In this document: positions 51,152 to 64,000 of the stretch, piece after piece
How positions within the stretch are numbered: the stretch's first letter is position 1
How the letters are laid out: each line of letters opens with the position of its first letter
DNA from: Tubiluchus corallicola
Taxonomy: Eukaryota > Animalia > Priapulida
DNA length: 64,000 nucleotides
NCBI GenBank assembly: GCA_030141605.1
Contig: JAQGDQ010000044.1
Location: forward strand, 558,001-622,000
Reading direction: 5' to 3'
The notes under the pieces: model-generated
Seen by the model: the letters and a program-made list of their open reading frames with translations, nothing else
The model's database searches: none
What the model was told of the DNA's origin: nothing
Position numbers and translations under genes: made by a program

Positions 51152-54100
51152 TACTCATGGGATTGAATTAAGAACGCCCGCGTTCACACGTGTCTGTGTT
51201 GTCTAGTCATTGGTTTGAATTCCAAAGGTTTCTGGTTCAAATATATTGTGTTCACTTTACCAATAACTGATAATCTCGAATTTAAACTTATAACTAATTA
51301 GCTAATTATTTTATTTAATTACTTTCCAGAAGTTCCAAGTCATCTTCATGACTACGATTCCTACGTGCGGTTCTGCTTTTACCCGGGGGAGGCAGCTCGA
51401 CGTCCCGCGCCAGCCACGTTCTTACCAGAAGACATCGACCCCTCAACTTGCACGCACATCGTGTTTGGATACGCCACAATATTGGATAATGAGCTGACGG
51501 CCAAGTCAGAGTCAGATTTAGGTAAGTTGCTTGTTGCAAAGTGCTTTTGCCAATATGGTGTTATTGTTTACCATCCAAAGAAATTTCTGTGCTCATTGCG
51601 ATGATGATGATGATTATGGCGACGACGACAACGATGATGATTCAGCTTTAAGTAGAACAGACAAACAAAGCTGCAATGAGATTTTTTATTGCCCACGATA
51701 AATTACGAATTACAACTACATAACAGAGATTAGTCACACAGGGCAACTACACGTAGCATTTTTTAATTTTTTTATATGACTGTCTTTCGTATCGAACACG
51801 CAACCTCCTGTACGGAGCTCGGACGTTTTACCTATCAGGCTACGCAGCCACTGTATTTGCCTAAGTGTTTGAAGAGAGACAGTACGACGTGACTATTAAA
51901 CGAATACACAACATTGTCGTTCTGGCTATTGAGATTGCAAGCTGAGGTAAAAAGGTATCGAGGTTTAGGGACTGAAGTCGTGGACACTGGGTAGTGGGTT
52001 TTGAGTTTAAACAGGTACTGTGGGTAGAAATACCAAAAAACGTCAGGTCTATTTTATACACTCCCGAAATACTTTTCAGATTGCACGCAAAGTGTTAAAA
52101 TTACTTGAAGATCACCAGTCGAATATTCATTCACGAAAAAAGGTTTATAAATAGAAGTAAATAAGTATAATCATTTTACTAGTTTTACAATCTGTTCACA
52201 AACCTACTAAATTGACAATATGATAAAAATCATGGTTTTTTGGTTCTTTTCTTAGAGAAGCGGTACGAAATCTCGACTTCACACTTAATCGCATTTAGAT
52301 ATAGATCTAGTAACTAATTTAATCTACAGCCAAAGGGAAGAAATAAAATGAGGTCTGCAACATCTTGATGGCTCTGCTTGTTAAATGGTTTCAGCTTATC
52401 GTAGCCCCGAATGCACCACTCATATTTTACGCCTAGCACACGAACGCAGCGCACCCTGTGCTTAACTCCCCAGCCTGTGGTATCATTGATGACTTTCTTT
52501 TCTGGCTAATTATCACATTGGACACAATTCAATTCAATTCAATAATTTTTTATTTGGCTGATTTGCAACACAAAACATTAAACTATATACGTAATGATAG
52601 CAACAATGCGATAACAAAAACAGGTATGGTTTGAAAATTCTACAGAGTAGGATCGTGAACTTTCCAGACTCACCCCGAGACATGTCTTCTGTTCCTGAAA
52701 TGGTAACTCGCGTAATTTCGTAACTTTGAAGCTCGTAGCTCTAATTTTAAATGCTTTTACTCACTTTCTGCATATAGTATTTTTTAGCACTTCTAGTTTT
52801 AGTCTAGGTAAATTTTAATTGTATGTTTTTGTGGCTTTTATGCTGAAATAAATAGTACAATGAATGGATCAATCATAAATCAATCATTCTGACATGCTCT
52901 TCTCCTCACTTCTTAGCTTAACAAACCCAAATGAGGTTCAGTTTTAGTTATTTCAATGGCAAATAAAAAAAATTGATTTAATTTTGCTTTAATTTTGTTG
53001 CGTTTTTCCAACTTTTTTGTTAAATGATAAAGCACATAAAAATTGACGATATAAAACACATTGAAAAATCCCTGGTAAAGACCTACTTAACAATAACCAA
53101 GGTACACGGTGCAAGAAAGCAACAAACTGAACAAAGACCTGATCAAGTAAAAGTGCATTCAAAGCTGTGGTACAAGGAAAAAACCTAATGAAGCAATGAG
53201 TATTGAAGTAACTTTCCACAAATTTTATATTTTGTCAGAATTTCAAGAGGCCATTTATGCACTTTAACCCATGTCACAAAAATGATGTGTCGCATTCATT
53301 GTTAAACCAAATTTTGAGCTAAACGTTTTTTAAAACATCGTTATTGCATTGTTTAAGACGCTGGTTGGGCTTTAAATTGCTATTTGCAGTAATACCTAAC
53401 TAAAAAATCCGTTTGCACTAACTGTTTCTGTCGAAGCATTTAATAAAATTCTTTTTTAGAATTGTTTCAGAGAATCCTGGCCCTAAAAAACCAAAATCCA
53501 GATCTGAAGGTACTGCTAGCAGTAGGCGGTTGGGCAGAAGGTTCACAGCGTTTCAGCAATATGGCGTGGTCTCTCAACTCACGTCTTACCTTTGTTAATT
53601 CTGTACTTCATTTCCTGAGACAATATGGTTTCGATGGACTAAATGTCGACTGGGAGTTTCCGGGCTACGAACGAAGAGGTGGACATCCTTCAGATAGAGA
53701 CAATTTACCACTGCTCTTAGAGGTATTGATATAAAAATATTAGTAGTATTTGACAGGCTATAACACTCTAACTGCTTTGCTCTTGAAATTCATCTTTTCA
53801 AGCATTTTAAAGCAGGTTGTTAGTTCTGCTAGTTGACCGTCGGTTCTTCGTGTCTATATGGTGTAGTTTTGGCTTGAACAAATTAATGCAAAGTGAGGAC
53901 TCTTCTTACCCAATATCTCTGTGTCAATTTTAAATTTATGTACAATTGTGTGTTTAATTTTTAGGAGCTTCACAAGATCTTTACGATGGAAGCCAAGTTT
54001 TCCGGCAACAATCAACTAATCTTGGCCACCACGATACCGGGCGCTAAATACTGGATAGATTTGGGTTACGACATCCCGAAAATCTCTTCGTGCGTTTATA

Positions 54101-57100
54101 AATACGTTTCTTATTTTTGATGAAAATAATTGGTACTAATAACGCTATTTAAAAGTTGAATTATCAGTGAATGATAAATTATTATGTAGAAGATAACCGC
54201 CCTGCAGGTCAAGTGACTAACCTCAAAATTGTCCTTGAAATCTATCATCTACTACCATTAATCCTTGCAAAGCGCCTTGTGTAAAAAACATCTCTGGTTA
54301 TTTGTGCTCAAAGAGAAAAAGCTTCTCATAATATTCTTGATTTCTAAATGCAGGTTTAGTGATTATTTACCAATGATGACTTATCACCTTAATGGAATAT
54401 GGAACAAACACGCTGGTCATGGAAGTCCTTTGCATCCTCACTCCTACGATGTGGACAAAACTGCGAATATTGTAAGTGAAGAGGTCGCCTTTGAAATATC
54501 TTTGTTTTTAGTAATTTCAGTTAAGTGTAAGACAACTTGGAAAATCACACACAAGCAAGGGCAGCATTTTTGTGTCATGTGTGTGAAAGGGATAAATTAT
54601 TGGAAAATCACGGAAGCACTTTTGAGACTAATAGCTATGAAGATGCGGTATGATCGTTTTCCTTAGATAACCTAGTAATCTTCCATGCCATATAGTGTTC
54701 CTTGGTTTTTAGGGTACTTGGATAACCTAATAATCTTCCATGCCATGTAGTGTTCCTTAGTTTTTAGTGTACTTGGATAACCTAATAATCTTCCATGCCA
54801 TGTAGTGTTCCTTAGTTTTTAGTGTACTTAGATAATCTAATAATCTTCCATGCCATATAATGTTCCTTAGTTTTTAGTGTACTTAGATAACCTAATAATC
54901 TTCCATGCCATGTAGTGTTCCTTAGTTTTTAGGGTACTTAAATAACCTAGTAATCTTTCATGTCATATAGCGTTCCTTAGTTTTTAGTGTACTTAGATAA
55001 TCTAATAATCTTCCATGCCATGTAATGTTCCTTAGTTTTTAGTGTACTTAGATAATCTAATAATCTTCCATGCCATGTAATGTTCCTTAGTTTTTAGCGT
55101 ACTTAGATAATCTAATAATCTTCCATGCCATATAATGTTCTTTAGTTTTTAGTGTACTTAGATAATCTAATAATCTTCCATGCCATGTAGTGTTCCTTAG
55201 TTTTTAGTGTACTTAGATAATCTATTAATCTTCCATGCCATGTAGTGTTGCTTAGTTTTTAGTGTACTTAGATAATCTAATAATCTTCCATGCCATGTAG
55301 TGTTCCTTAGTTTTTAGTGTATTTAGATAATCTAATAATCTTCCATGCCATATAACGTTCCTTAGTTTTTAGTGTACTTAGACAATCTAATAATCTTCCA
55401 TGCCATATAGCGTTCCTTAGTTTTTAGTGTACTTAGATAATTTAATAATCTTCCATGCCATATAGCGTTCCTTAGTTTTTAGTGTACTTAGATAACCTAA
55501 ATCCTATTATCGTTGCTTTTTTTTAAGGAATTCATCGTCCAATATTGGATAAACCATGGAACGGATCCAAAGAAATTGCTGCTGGGAATTCCTCTTTTTG
55601 GACAGACTTACACTCTCCAAGACCCATCTGACCACATGTTAAATGCACCTATTGTAGGAAGTGGCAAGGCTGGACACATGTATCAACAGGAAGGAATGAT
55701 GCCGTACTACGAGGTTTGTGCCCACAAAACTTTGCTTGAGCTTATTCTTATTAAGATTTTCGGCTTCTTGTGGATTGGTAAACACCAATCTTATTACTGC
55801 TTAAGTGATAGATTTAGCCAACTGAACAACTGATAATGCTTCTTGCGAATATTTTTTGAATGACTTACAGATCTACGTCTTCACTCATAATAAATGAATA
55901 AATTACGACAAAATTTGCAGATTATAAAGATTCGCAAATCTGTTTCGGAAAATTCACAAACATTTTAATGGTACCAATGTGCGGCATTTGTCACATTTGC
56001 AAATAAATAAAAATTGTGGTTTATTTCTATTAATTTTAATGACTTGCATTACTTAAATCTTTTGTAGGTGTGTTCTGAAGTGATGCCAAGCTATGAAAGC
56101 TTTTGGGTTGAAGATCAGCTTGTTCCATTTGCTTACAAAAATGACCAATGGATTGGCTACGAGGATTCAAGGAGTATTAGTGAAAAGGTAACAATCCTTT
56201 GCAGTATATTTGGACAAGTTCTAGAACTTCCATCACCAAACTTTCACTAATTTTTTTGTACGTATTGTTGACCACAGTTAGCATTCAACTGGTTACTGAT
56301 CACCAACTTTTGTAATTTTTGCAACGCATTTGCATGTTATCAACGGGCCTCATTTTTCCCTGACTGACAATAGGGTTCGTCTAACTAGTTTTTGTTTGTA
56401 GGTCAAGTATGTGATCGACAATCACCTTGGAGGCGTTATGGTCTGGGCATTAGGTTTTGATGATTTTAAAGGTCATTGTAATCATGGAAGGAATCCTCTG
56501 TTGACCACAATAAAAACAGAATTGCTGGAAGTGACACAGGTGACCTATGTAATCCACACAAAATCTTCAAATGTTTTACAGCAGTTGCCGCACAAGTATG
56601 AAACGGGTGCAGTAGAACCACATTATGCAACATCACATCACGGTGAGACGTACAGGCGTCATACTGTGCAACATCGGCGACACTACGTACAACATGTATC
56701 CCATCAGCAAGAAGGACAACACCCTGTTCATGGATATGATGAGCACCATGCCTACCATGGGCACAGTCGCAGTCGCAGAGTGGAGTCATCATATTCACGG
56801 CACGGGAATTATCACGATGCGTATCCTCATCAAACACAAGGAAGTTACATACCATATCAAGAACACGAAATGATTCCCCACGAAACGTACAATTACGAAA
56901 CATATCCACACAGAGATGCATATGAAGTCTACCCTAGCAACAGCTATCCTTATGACGCTCACAATTATGTAATATATCTGCCGGAGCAGTATGACGTGCA
57001 CCCTCATCAAACACATGAGAATTACGGTGCATATTCAGCACATGGACAGTATGATGATTTCGAAGTACATCCTCGTGAAAGTTCTGAAATATATCCAGTA

Positions 57101-59554
57101 AACGAGCCGCATGCGTACCCTTATGAAAAAAGCAATTATTACGATACTTACCCTGGGTCTGAACTCTATGAAGTTCATCCTTATGAAAGTTATGGTTATG
57201 AAACACACCCTGATGAACTGTATGCTGAACATGGACATTATGAAGGGCATCCTCGTGAAACATACCCTGAACATGGACATTATGAAGGGCATCCTCGTGA
57301 AACATATCCTGAACATGGACATTATGAAGGGCATCCTCGTGAAACATACCCTGAACATGGACATTATGAAGTGCATCCTCGTGAAACATACCCTGAACAT
57401 GGACATTATGAAGTGCATCCTCGTGAAACATACCCTGAACATGGACATTATGAAGTGCATCCTCATGAAACATACCCTGAACATGGACATTATGAAGTGC
57501 ATCCTCGTGAAACATACCCTGAACATGGACACTATGAAGTGCATCCTCATGAAACATACCCTGAACATGGACATTATGAAGTGCATCCTCGTGAAACATA
57601 CCCTGAACATGGACATTATGAAGTGCTTCCTCATGAAACATACCCTGAACATGGACACTATGAAGTGCTTCCTCATGAAACATACCCTGAACATGGACAC
57701 TATGAAGTGCATCCTCATGAAACATACCCTGAACATGGACACTATGAAGTGCATCCTCGTGAAACATACCCTGAACATGGACATTATGAAGTGCATCCTC
57801 GTGAAACATACCCTGAACATGGACATTATGAAGTGCATCCTCATGAAACATACCCTGAACATGGACATTATGAAGTGCATCCTCATGAAACATACCCTGA
57901 ACATGGACATTATGAAGTGCTTCCTCATGAAACATACCCTGAACATGGACACTATGAAGTGCATCCTCATGAAGCGTACCCTGAACATGGACACTATGAA
58001 GTGCTTCCTCATGAAACATACCCTGAACATGGACACTATGAAGTGCATCCTCATGAAACATACCCTGAACATGGACACTATGAAGTGCATCCTCGTGAAA
58101 CATACCCTGAACATGGACATTATGAAGTGCATCCTCGTGAAACATACCCTGAACATGGACATTATGAAGTGCATCCTCATGAAACATACCCTGAACATGG
58201 ACATTATGAAGTGCATCCTCATGAAACATACCCTGAACATGGACATTATGAAGTGCTTCCTCATGAAACATACCCTGAACATGGACACTATGAAGTGCAT
58301 CCTCATGAAACATACCCTGAACATGGACATTATGAAGTGCTTCCTCATGAAACATACCCTGAACATGGACACTATGAAGTGCATCCTCATGAAACATACC
58401 CTGAACATGGACACTATGAAGTGCATCCTCATGAAACGTACCCTGAACATGGACACTATGAAGTTCATCCTAATGAATTATATCCTCATGAAGAGTATCC
58501 TGAACATGGACACTATGAAGTGCATCCTCATGAAACGTATCCTGAACATGGACACTATGAAGTGCATCCTCATGAAGAGTATCCTGAACATGGACACTAT
58601 GAAGTGCATCCTCATGAAACGTATCCTGAACATGGACACTATGAAGTGCATCCTCATGAAACGTACCCTGAACATGGACACTATGAAGTGCATCCTCATG
58701 AAACGTATCCTGAATATGGACACTATGAAGTGCATCCTCATGAAACGTACCCTGAATATGGACACTATGAAGTGCATCCTCATGAAACGTACCCTGAACA
58801 TGGACACTATGAAGTGCATCCTCATGAAACGTACCCTGAACATGGACACTATGAAGTGCATCCTCATGAAACGTACCCTGAACATGGACACTATGAAGTG
58901 CATCCTCATGAAACGTACCCTGAACATGGACACTATGAAGTGCATCCTCATGAAACATACCCTGAACATGGACACGATGCATATGAAAGCTATCCAGGCC
59001 ACTATGATACGTATCCATCACATGTTTCCACAGTTGGTATTCCATTTCCACACCATACAGCTTATTCTTATGAAGGGTATCCTACAAATCAATCCTATGA
59101 ACAATATCCACGTAATACTTACAACGATTATGAATTACCTGGTACTGTTGGACACGAGACATATCCCAGTAATACTCATGGGGGCGAAAGCCTTGGCCCA
59201 GTAGTTGCCCAGGAAGAGCAGAGGCCATATAATCCAGAATTGGAGGAAACAAAACTTTCGGATTCCGGTTCATCTGCTTCTGGAAGAAACGGCGCTGTGG
59301 GAATGGCTACAGAAAGTACGCAATGTGAGGTGAAAGGACCAGGTCCCTCTTGCTCCGGACATTCGCACATGGTAATGGCAAATCCAATAAACTGTCGCAA
59401 GTACTATCTATGTCTGTGGCAGAACACACCCAATGAAATGCGTGTTCCAATGAACTGCCCGGAGGGAACAGTCTTTCATCCATTCAAATACATGTGTGAT
59501 GATAAGGAAAATGTTGATACATCCGTAATATGTAAATGTGGAGAAGAGTCGTGA
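49927..59554 (+). CDS. secreted GH18 chitinase/chitinase-like protein with long His/Glu/Tyr/Pro repeat linker and C-terminal CBM14 chitin-binding domain
   Basis: Phase-consistent exons 49927-49996 (signal peptide MQGIGVCLVLVLLAGLSS), 51330-51521, 53460-53722, 53965-54089, 54354-54471, 55528-55713, 56068-56187, 56402-59554. GH18 motifs CTHIVFGYA, KVLLAVGGW, FDGLNVDWEFP, KLLLGIPLFG, WIGYED, LGGVMVWALGFDDF. CBM14 pattern C..NPINCRKYYLC..NCPEGTVF..MCD..C. Confidence 0.92.
54660..55500. repeat. 55-bp intronic minisatellite, ~15 copies
   Basis: Unit AGATAATCTAATAATCTTCCATGCCATGTAGTGTTCCTTAGTTTTTAGTGTACTT; fills most of chitinase intron 5. Confidence 0.95.
57226..58976 (+). repeat. 42-bp coding minisatellite (ETYPEHGHYEVHP[H/R]), about 40 copies
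   Basis: Seen directly within the last chitinase exon. Confidence 0.97.
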
Positions 59555-60755
59555 TATGTAGCAGTAGACTAATTTGTTTTTGTGTGCCAGTCCTTGCTGT
59601 TTACCTGTGACCATGTTTAATCCCTTTTCAAAAGTGGGAGGAATAGTGTCCTAGTAATGCTTAGCAGTATCTTTTTATTACCTAGATCATTGGAAATAAA
59701 TGTAATTGACTAAAGCAGCAACCGAATTGCAACAGCGGAAAACTGATAATTTCATTTCTGCCTTTTTGAACATCATCGATCAGGTTTTATTACTTGAGGT
59801 AATATTTTTTTTAAAAGGAAACACTTGTTTTGTAGCTGAGCAGAACTTCCTTAGCCTTTCGTTTAAGACTTTGGTGCTCGGTACTCTTGCTGCTTATGCC
59901 CAAAACAACTAGACCTGCTACTGCCGGCAAAAGTATATTTTTTCCAAAGTTACTAGTAGAAGCTTTAGTGTAGTTCTATAGCTTTATTTACAGTATGTTT
60001 TAGTGATAGTATTTATGTTGCTAGTAGTTGATTTAGGCCAAAGCTACAGAGCTATAATCTGGTTTTTTTCCTTCATTAGCTGGTTCTGTTTCGATTACTT
60101 TATTCCTCAAACTGATTTTAAAAACAAGTGATTTTCTCAACATTATTATCTGTATATTCGTGCCAAAATTTGGGCATCGTTAACTTATTGATTATAATGA
60201 TTTCAGTTTATAATTCCTAATACAATTTAAATTACGCGTAAGTTCAAAATTTAAATAAAAAGAATTTTTGTGCATGAAATTAATGTTATGTTGTTATAGC
60301 AACGTTCACTTTGTTGTTGATGTTTTGTCGTTTATTGTTAAGACAGAATGCATCTTTTGCATACCGTTGTTGTTATCCTTGTTAATAGTATTGTTATTAT
60401 TTTTGCATAAAATTGATTTTGAATTATGCACATTCTAAAGCGAGCAAAATGACATTAAGATTGGAGTACACTGTAAAAATGAATAAAAATTATGCCCAAT
60501 AGCGTAATTTTTGTAATTCAGTTTTATTAATAAAGCTATAATGCAAAATCGTTGAGTATTATGATAATTTTTATTATTTGTACAAAAACTACATGTTGTT
60601 ATCGCAATTGTGACATTTTAAGGCCGTTTTTATATATTTGTAATAAATCTATATACAAAACTAATTCTAAGGACTTAATCCAACAGTAAAATTTAACATT
60701 GCAATTTTTTGATAACCGGAAGTAAGTAATGCTTCATGCATGCCCTGAATTTAAC

Positions 60756-63087
60756 TTAATAACAATAACATCGTTGGCCACCTACTGGACGATGTAAAGT
60801 GTTATCATGGCGAATCGGACTCGTTGAATATCCATGCTGTCGGTATTTACTGGGATGGCCGTAGCTGTAATCGTCGTTAGCATATCCGCCATTGTGATAA
60901 GTTTTCGTTGATGGATAATCGTAGCCGTAGCCGTCGTAAGAATGGCTTAATATTGGTCGAACTATGTCGTACTTGTATAACGTTTCTGGTTGATAATATT
61001 CATGGCCTTCCCTAGGACAAGAAGCAAAGCATTTAATTATGTTCATCGACTTGTTAATTAAACTATATTAACCCCGATGTATATACTCGGTGTAGCAATA
61101 GATGCATTTCAAAAAAAGAGTTAAAATTCAAGCGAGACCACGTGACTAAAATACACATGCAATCGCTGCAGTTGGGTGTTTAAATAAACTTGTTATTCTT
61201 TATAGTAAAATATTTCGTTAAAATATTTTTATAGTAAAAGAGAAATAAAAAGCGGTTTCTACTGAAAAATTTTCGTATGTCTACGATTTAACTTCTAATA
61301 AAGTCATAACTTACTTTACTGATATTTTGGTAATTGGTTAAAAATATATTAACATAGCTTCTGTTTTAATAAATTTAATAATTTTACGAAGTGCACTGTA
61401 GTGACATCTATTAACGAATAAGTTAATTAATCAGTGTTCTGTGCCCACTGCGAACCTTACAAACTGGTTTTAGGCATGATTGCGTTATCCATCGTTAAAC
61501 AAGAAATTTAATAATCACGATCAAGTGAATTTAAACAAGTGAACAGCTGTTTTAAAAGCAAACAAACTAAGTATGATTTCAGTAACACTTGATTTCAGAC
61601 AATGTTGTTCATATAATTTGCCAGATAATTACTATCAAAACAATTTGTTACTTTTTGGCGCTTGTTAAATTGCAAAACAATATAATAAGTTTCAGCCGTT
61701 TTGAATTATAACTTTAGTTTAGTTTTGTTTAGTTTTGTCTGTATGCTTACTTGTAATCGTAGTCGTAACCTCTAGATTTTGCTGAGGTCTCCTTCGCGTA
61801 GGATTTATCTTGACTAGTCAAAGTTCCGTGAGCCCGACCAGAGCGAGAAAATGAGGTTTCGCTACTTTTCTGCCCATCTCCTTCCAACTTGCCTTTGCTC
61901 ACCGGTCCGTACGTTGTGGTGTGAAAATAAGTTTTTGGAGCTGGTGCTACTTTGTGATAGGCTGCTGTGTTGCCCTTATAGCCGTGTGGAACAGCACCTC
62001 CGGGAGCAAACGCCACATCGTTCCGGTACGATGGCCCACTGGCGCTTACCATGCTAAGTACAGCAACGGCTAGAACGGCAACAAGAATCGTATCCCTGCA
62101 ACGAAAATTTGCATTAGCCTTGTGTTAAGTGCACAGGTAAGAAGTGTATCATCATCATGATCATCGCCGTCGTCTTCATCGTAGTTGCATTCATCATTCG
62201 TCATTATCATCATCAAAACAGCAGCAGCAGCAACAGCAATAGCAACAACGACAACAACAACAACAATTACTTCTACAACTACATTACTATTACTGCTACT
62301 GCTACTAAAACTACAACAATAATTACAACAACAGTAGCATGATTAACAGTAACAACGACGGTAGCATCAGCAACAAGCAACATCAACATTATAACTACCC
62401 GGAACTGGTATTTGCCAGATGATAAAGTTCCCAACTCTTACAAGCATGGGTCTAAATTCAACTTAAAATTTGAAACAAAAACTTTTGCAAAATTTAGATT
62501 TACAGTTTAAGAACGTGGTCCTAATTCTGAATTTTCGCATCTTTTTAACATGTTTATTTAAAAAATCAATTAATTGAATAAGCTTTGAAATCAGTAATGA
62601 GCATAAGTATCCACTTTTTTAAAGAAAATTGCACAAACGTGGATGTAAAAATACGTCAAAAGCTTGTTGTGCGCTTCAGTACTAAGTTCGCACTATAATT
62701 TGCAAATTTTACAAATAAATTTACATTTCATTATTAACAAGAAGATAATATTATTAGATAACATTATTGTAATCCTTTTATAGAATATTTCAATTACAAG
62801 CTGTTATTTCGATACTATTTTTGTAGTTTTAAACTTCAAATCAAACGTTTGCACATTTTTTTTTAAATTGATTATTTATGCTGACTGCTGAATTGAGCAA
62901 ATTAGACTAGACTGCTGATCAAAAATTTTAAACTTGCTAATAAAAAACATTTTCAGAAAATGAATAGGACTCTGTGCATCGTTAATTTATAAAGCTAGCA
63001 ACTAAATGACTTTTTACAGATTTATCAAAATCATTCAAACGTTTACATCAAGTTTTGAAATAAAAAAACAGTTACTCGCACTTACAT
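60756..63087 (-). CDS. secreted Tyr/Gly/His/Ser-rich low-complexity protein (~200 aa), unknown family
   Basis: Coding exons 63087-63086 (AT|gtaagt), 62095-61751 (G-GAT..., ends AA|gtaagc) and 61011-60756, all phases consistent. Signal peptide MDTILVAVLAVAVLSMVSA; ends ...GGQRCYCY*. Confidence 0.8.
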
Positions 63088-63137
63088 TTTGAAGTTTTGC
63101 TCTCTGACCGTAGGCCTGCGATTGTGGAACAATTTGA

Positions 63138-63175
63138 CAACTGTGGCAGTCGGGAAAATGTGGAAAGCATTTATA
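63138..63175 (-). promoter_or_regulatory. TATA box + Inr-like element for the Tyr-rich secreted gene
   Basis: Minus-strand TATAAA at 63175-63170 and CCACAGTT ~31 nt downstream, about 55 nt before the first donor. Confidence 0.6.
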
Positions 63176-64000
63176 GAGGCCAATTAGAAACGTCCTCCAA
63201 ATGATAGCGGTCATGGCGTAAAAACTGGGTGCCAATTTCAGGAAAATGCACTAGTTTCTGGGCGGAAAATTACCATCGTTAGCGTATATACAGGATATTA
63301 AGCCCTACATTTATAGACAATAACGCTGTGTTAATGTTTAAAGGTTTCCAGCAAGAAACACGGGTTAGTTGTTCGTTTTTTTCTATTTTTATGTGTTAGG
63401 CAAACGTGGACACCAAAACTTTAGTATAAATTATCGAAACTTCAGTATAATGACGAATTGGTTTATGACAATTTATAAGTGACTCCTCAATTAGACATAT
63501 TACGTACGTTGTGTTTCAGGAAATGATAATTCGTTGTATTTTCTAAAAAATAATCATATGTATCTGTAAACTTAATAAAGATTTAAATTGTTTATTACAG
63601 AAAAATATCCGTTTCATAGACAGATCATTGTATAACAAGTTTCAATAAATTTTTATTAGAAAAATGCAGTGTTTCTACTACATCATTTCCGGCCACCCGT
63701 CTTACTTGAATACACAGTTACTTTGCAAACCTTTCAATTATTATGTCTTTTTTCGCTATATTACATCAACCCATATACATTTGTACCTCTAATGATATCG
63801 AAAAAGCAAAATATTTAATGACGACTACGTGTTTTAACAAGCTCGGTTATACGTGTTAGCAACTTGTGCAACTTAGCAACAACGAACATGATAGCAACTT
63901 TTTGACATTTGTTTTAAACTTACGAATTCTAATTAATATTACTCTAATTAATAGCAGTTGTGAATTGAGTTCGATTCCTCCAATGTTCACTGTTTAAATA

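Noticed and set aside
56934-59204. Long alternative-frame and antisense ORFs (487, 477, 697, 193, 174 aa) over the chitinase repeat
   Set aside because: By-products of a 42-bp unit lacking stops in several frames; only the frame joining GH18 to CBM14 is supported.

Overview
AT-rich, microsatellite-rich animal (invertebrate-type) genomic DNA with spliceosomal GT-AG genes; most short ORFs in the track are artefacts. Host genes: (1) an uninterrupted ankyrin-repeat + cGAS/Mab21-type nucleotidyltransferase (cGLR) ORF at 6471-9029; (2) a small secreted Gln/Pro-rich protein at 15696-16115; (3) a PLEKHG7-like DH-PH RhoGEF, with 12 exons reconstructed by hand at 29493-43595 and the 5' end not found; (4) an 8-exon secreted GH18 chitinase-like gene with about 40 copies of a 14-aa His/Glu/Tyr/Pro repeat and a C-terminal CBM14 domain, 49927-59554; (5) a secreted Tyr/Gly/His-rich protein on the minus strand, 60756-63087, whose ATG is split by an intron. 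The standout is a GC-rich 4.8-kb near-perfect palindrome at 24214-29032. It has two arms of about 2.2-2.3 kb around a 333-bp spacer, with AGTAG...CTACT termini like those of Polinton/Maverick elements. Each arm carries a compact overlapping cassette of a small ORF, a DnaQ/DEDD-like ORF and a divergent TATA-binding-protein (TBP) fold ORF. It resembles an integrated snap-back (foldback) copy of one end of a virus-like element that carries its own TBP homolog. The window also holds hAT and Tc1/pogo MITEs, LINE relics, an inverted Penelope-type hammerhead relic and several minisatellites. All family assignments come from motif recognition by eye; no database search was run.
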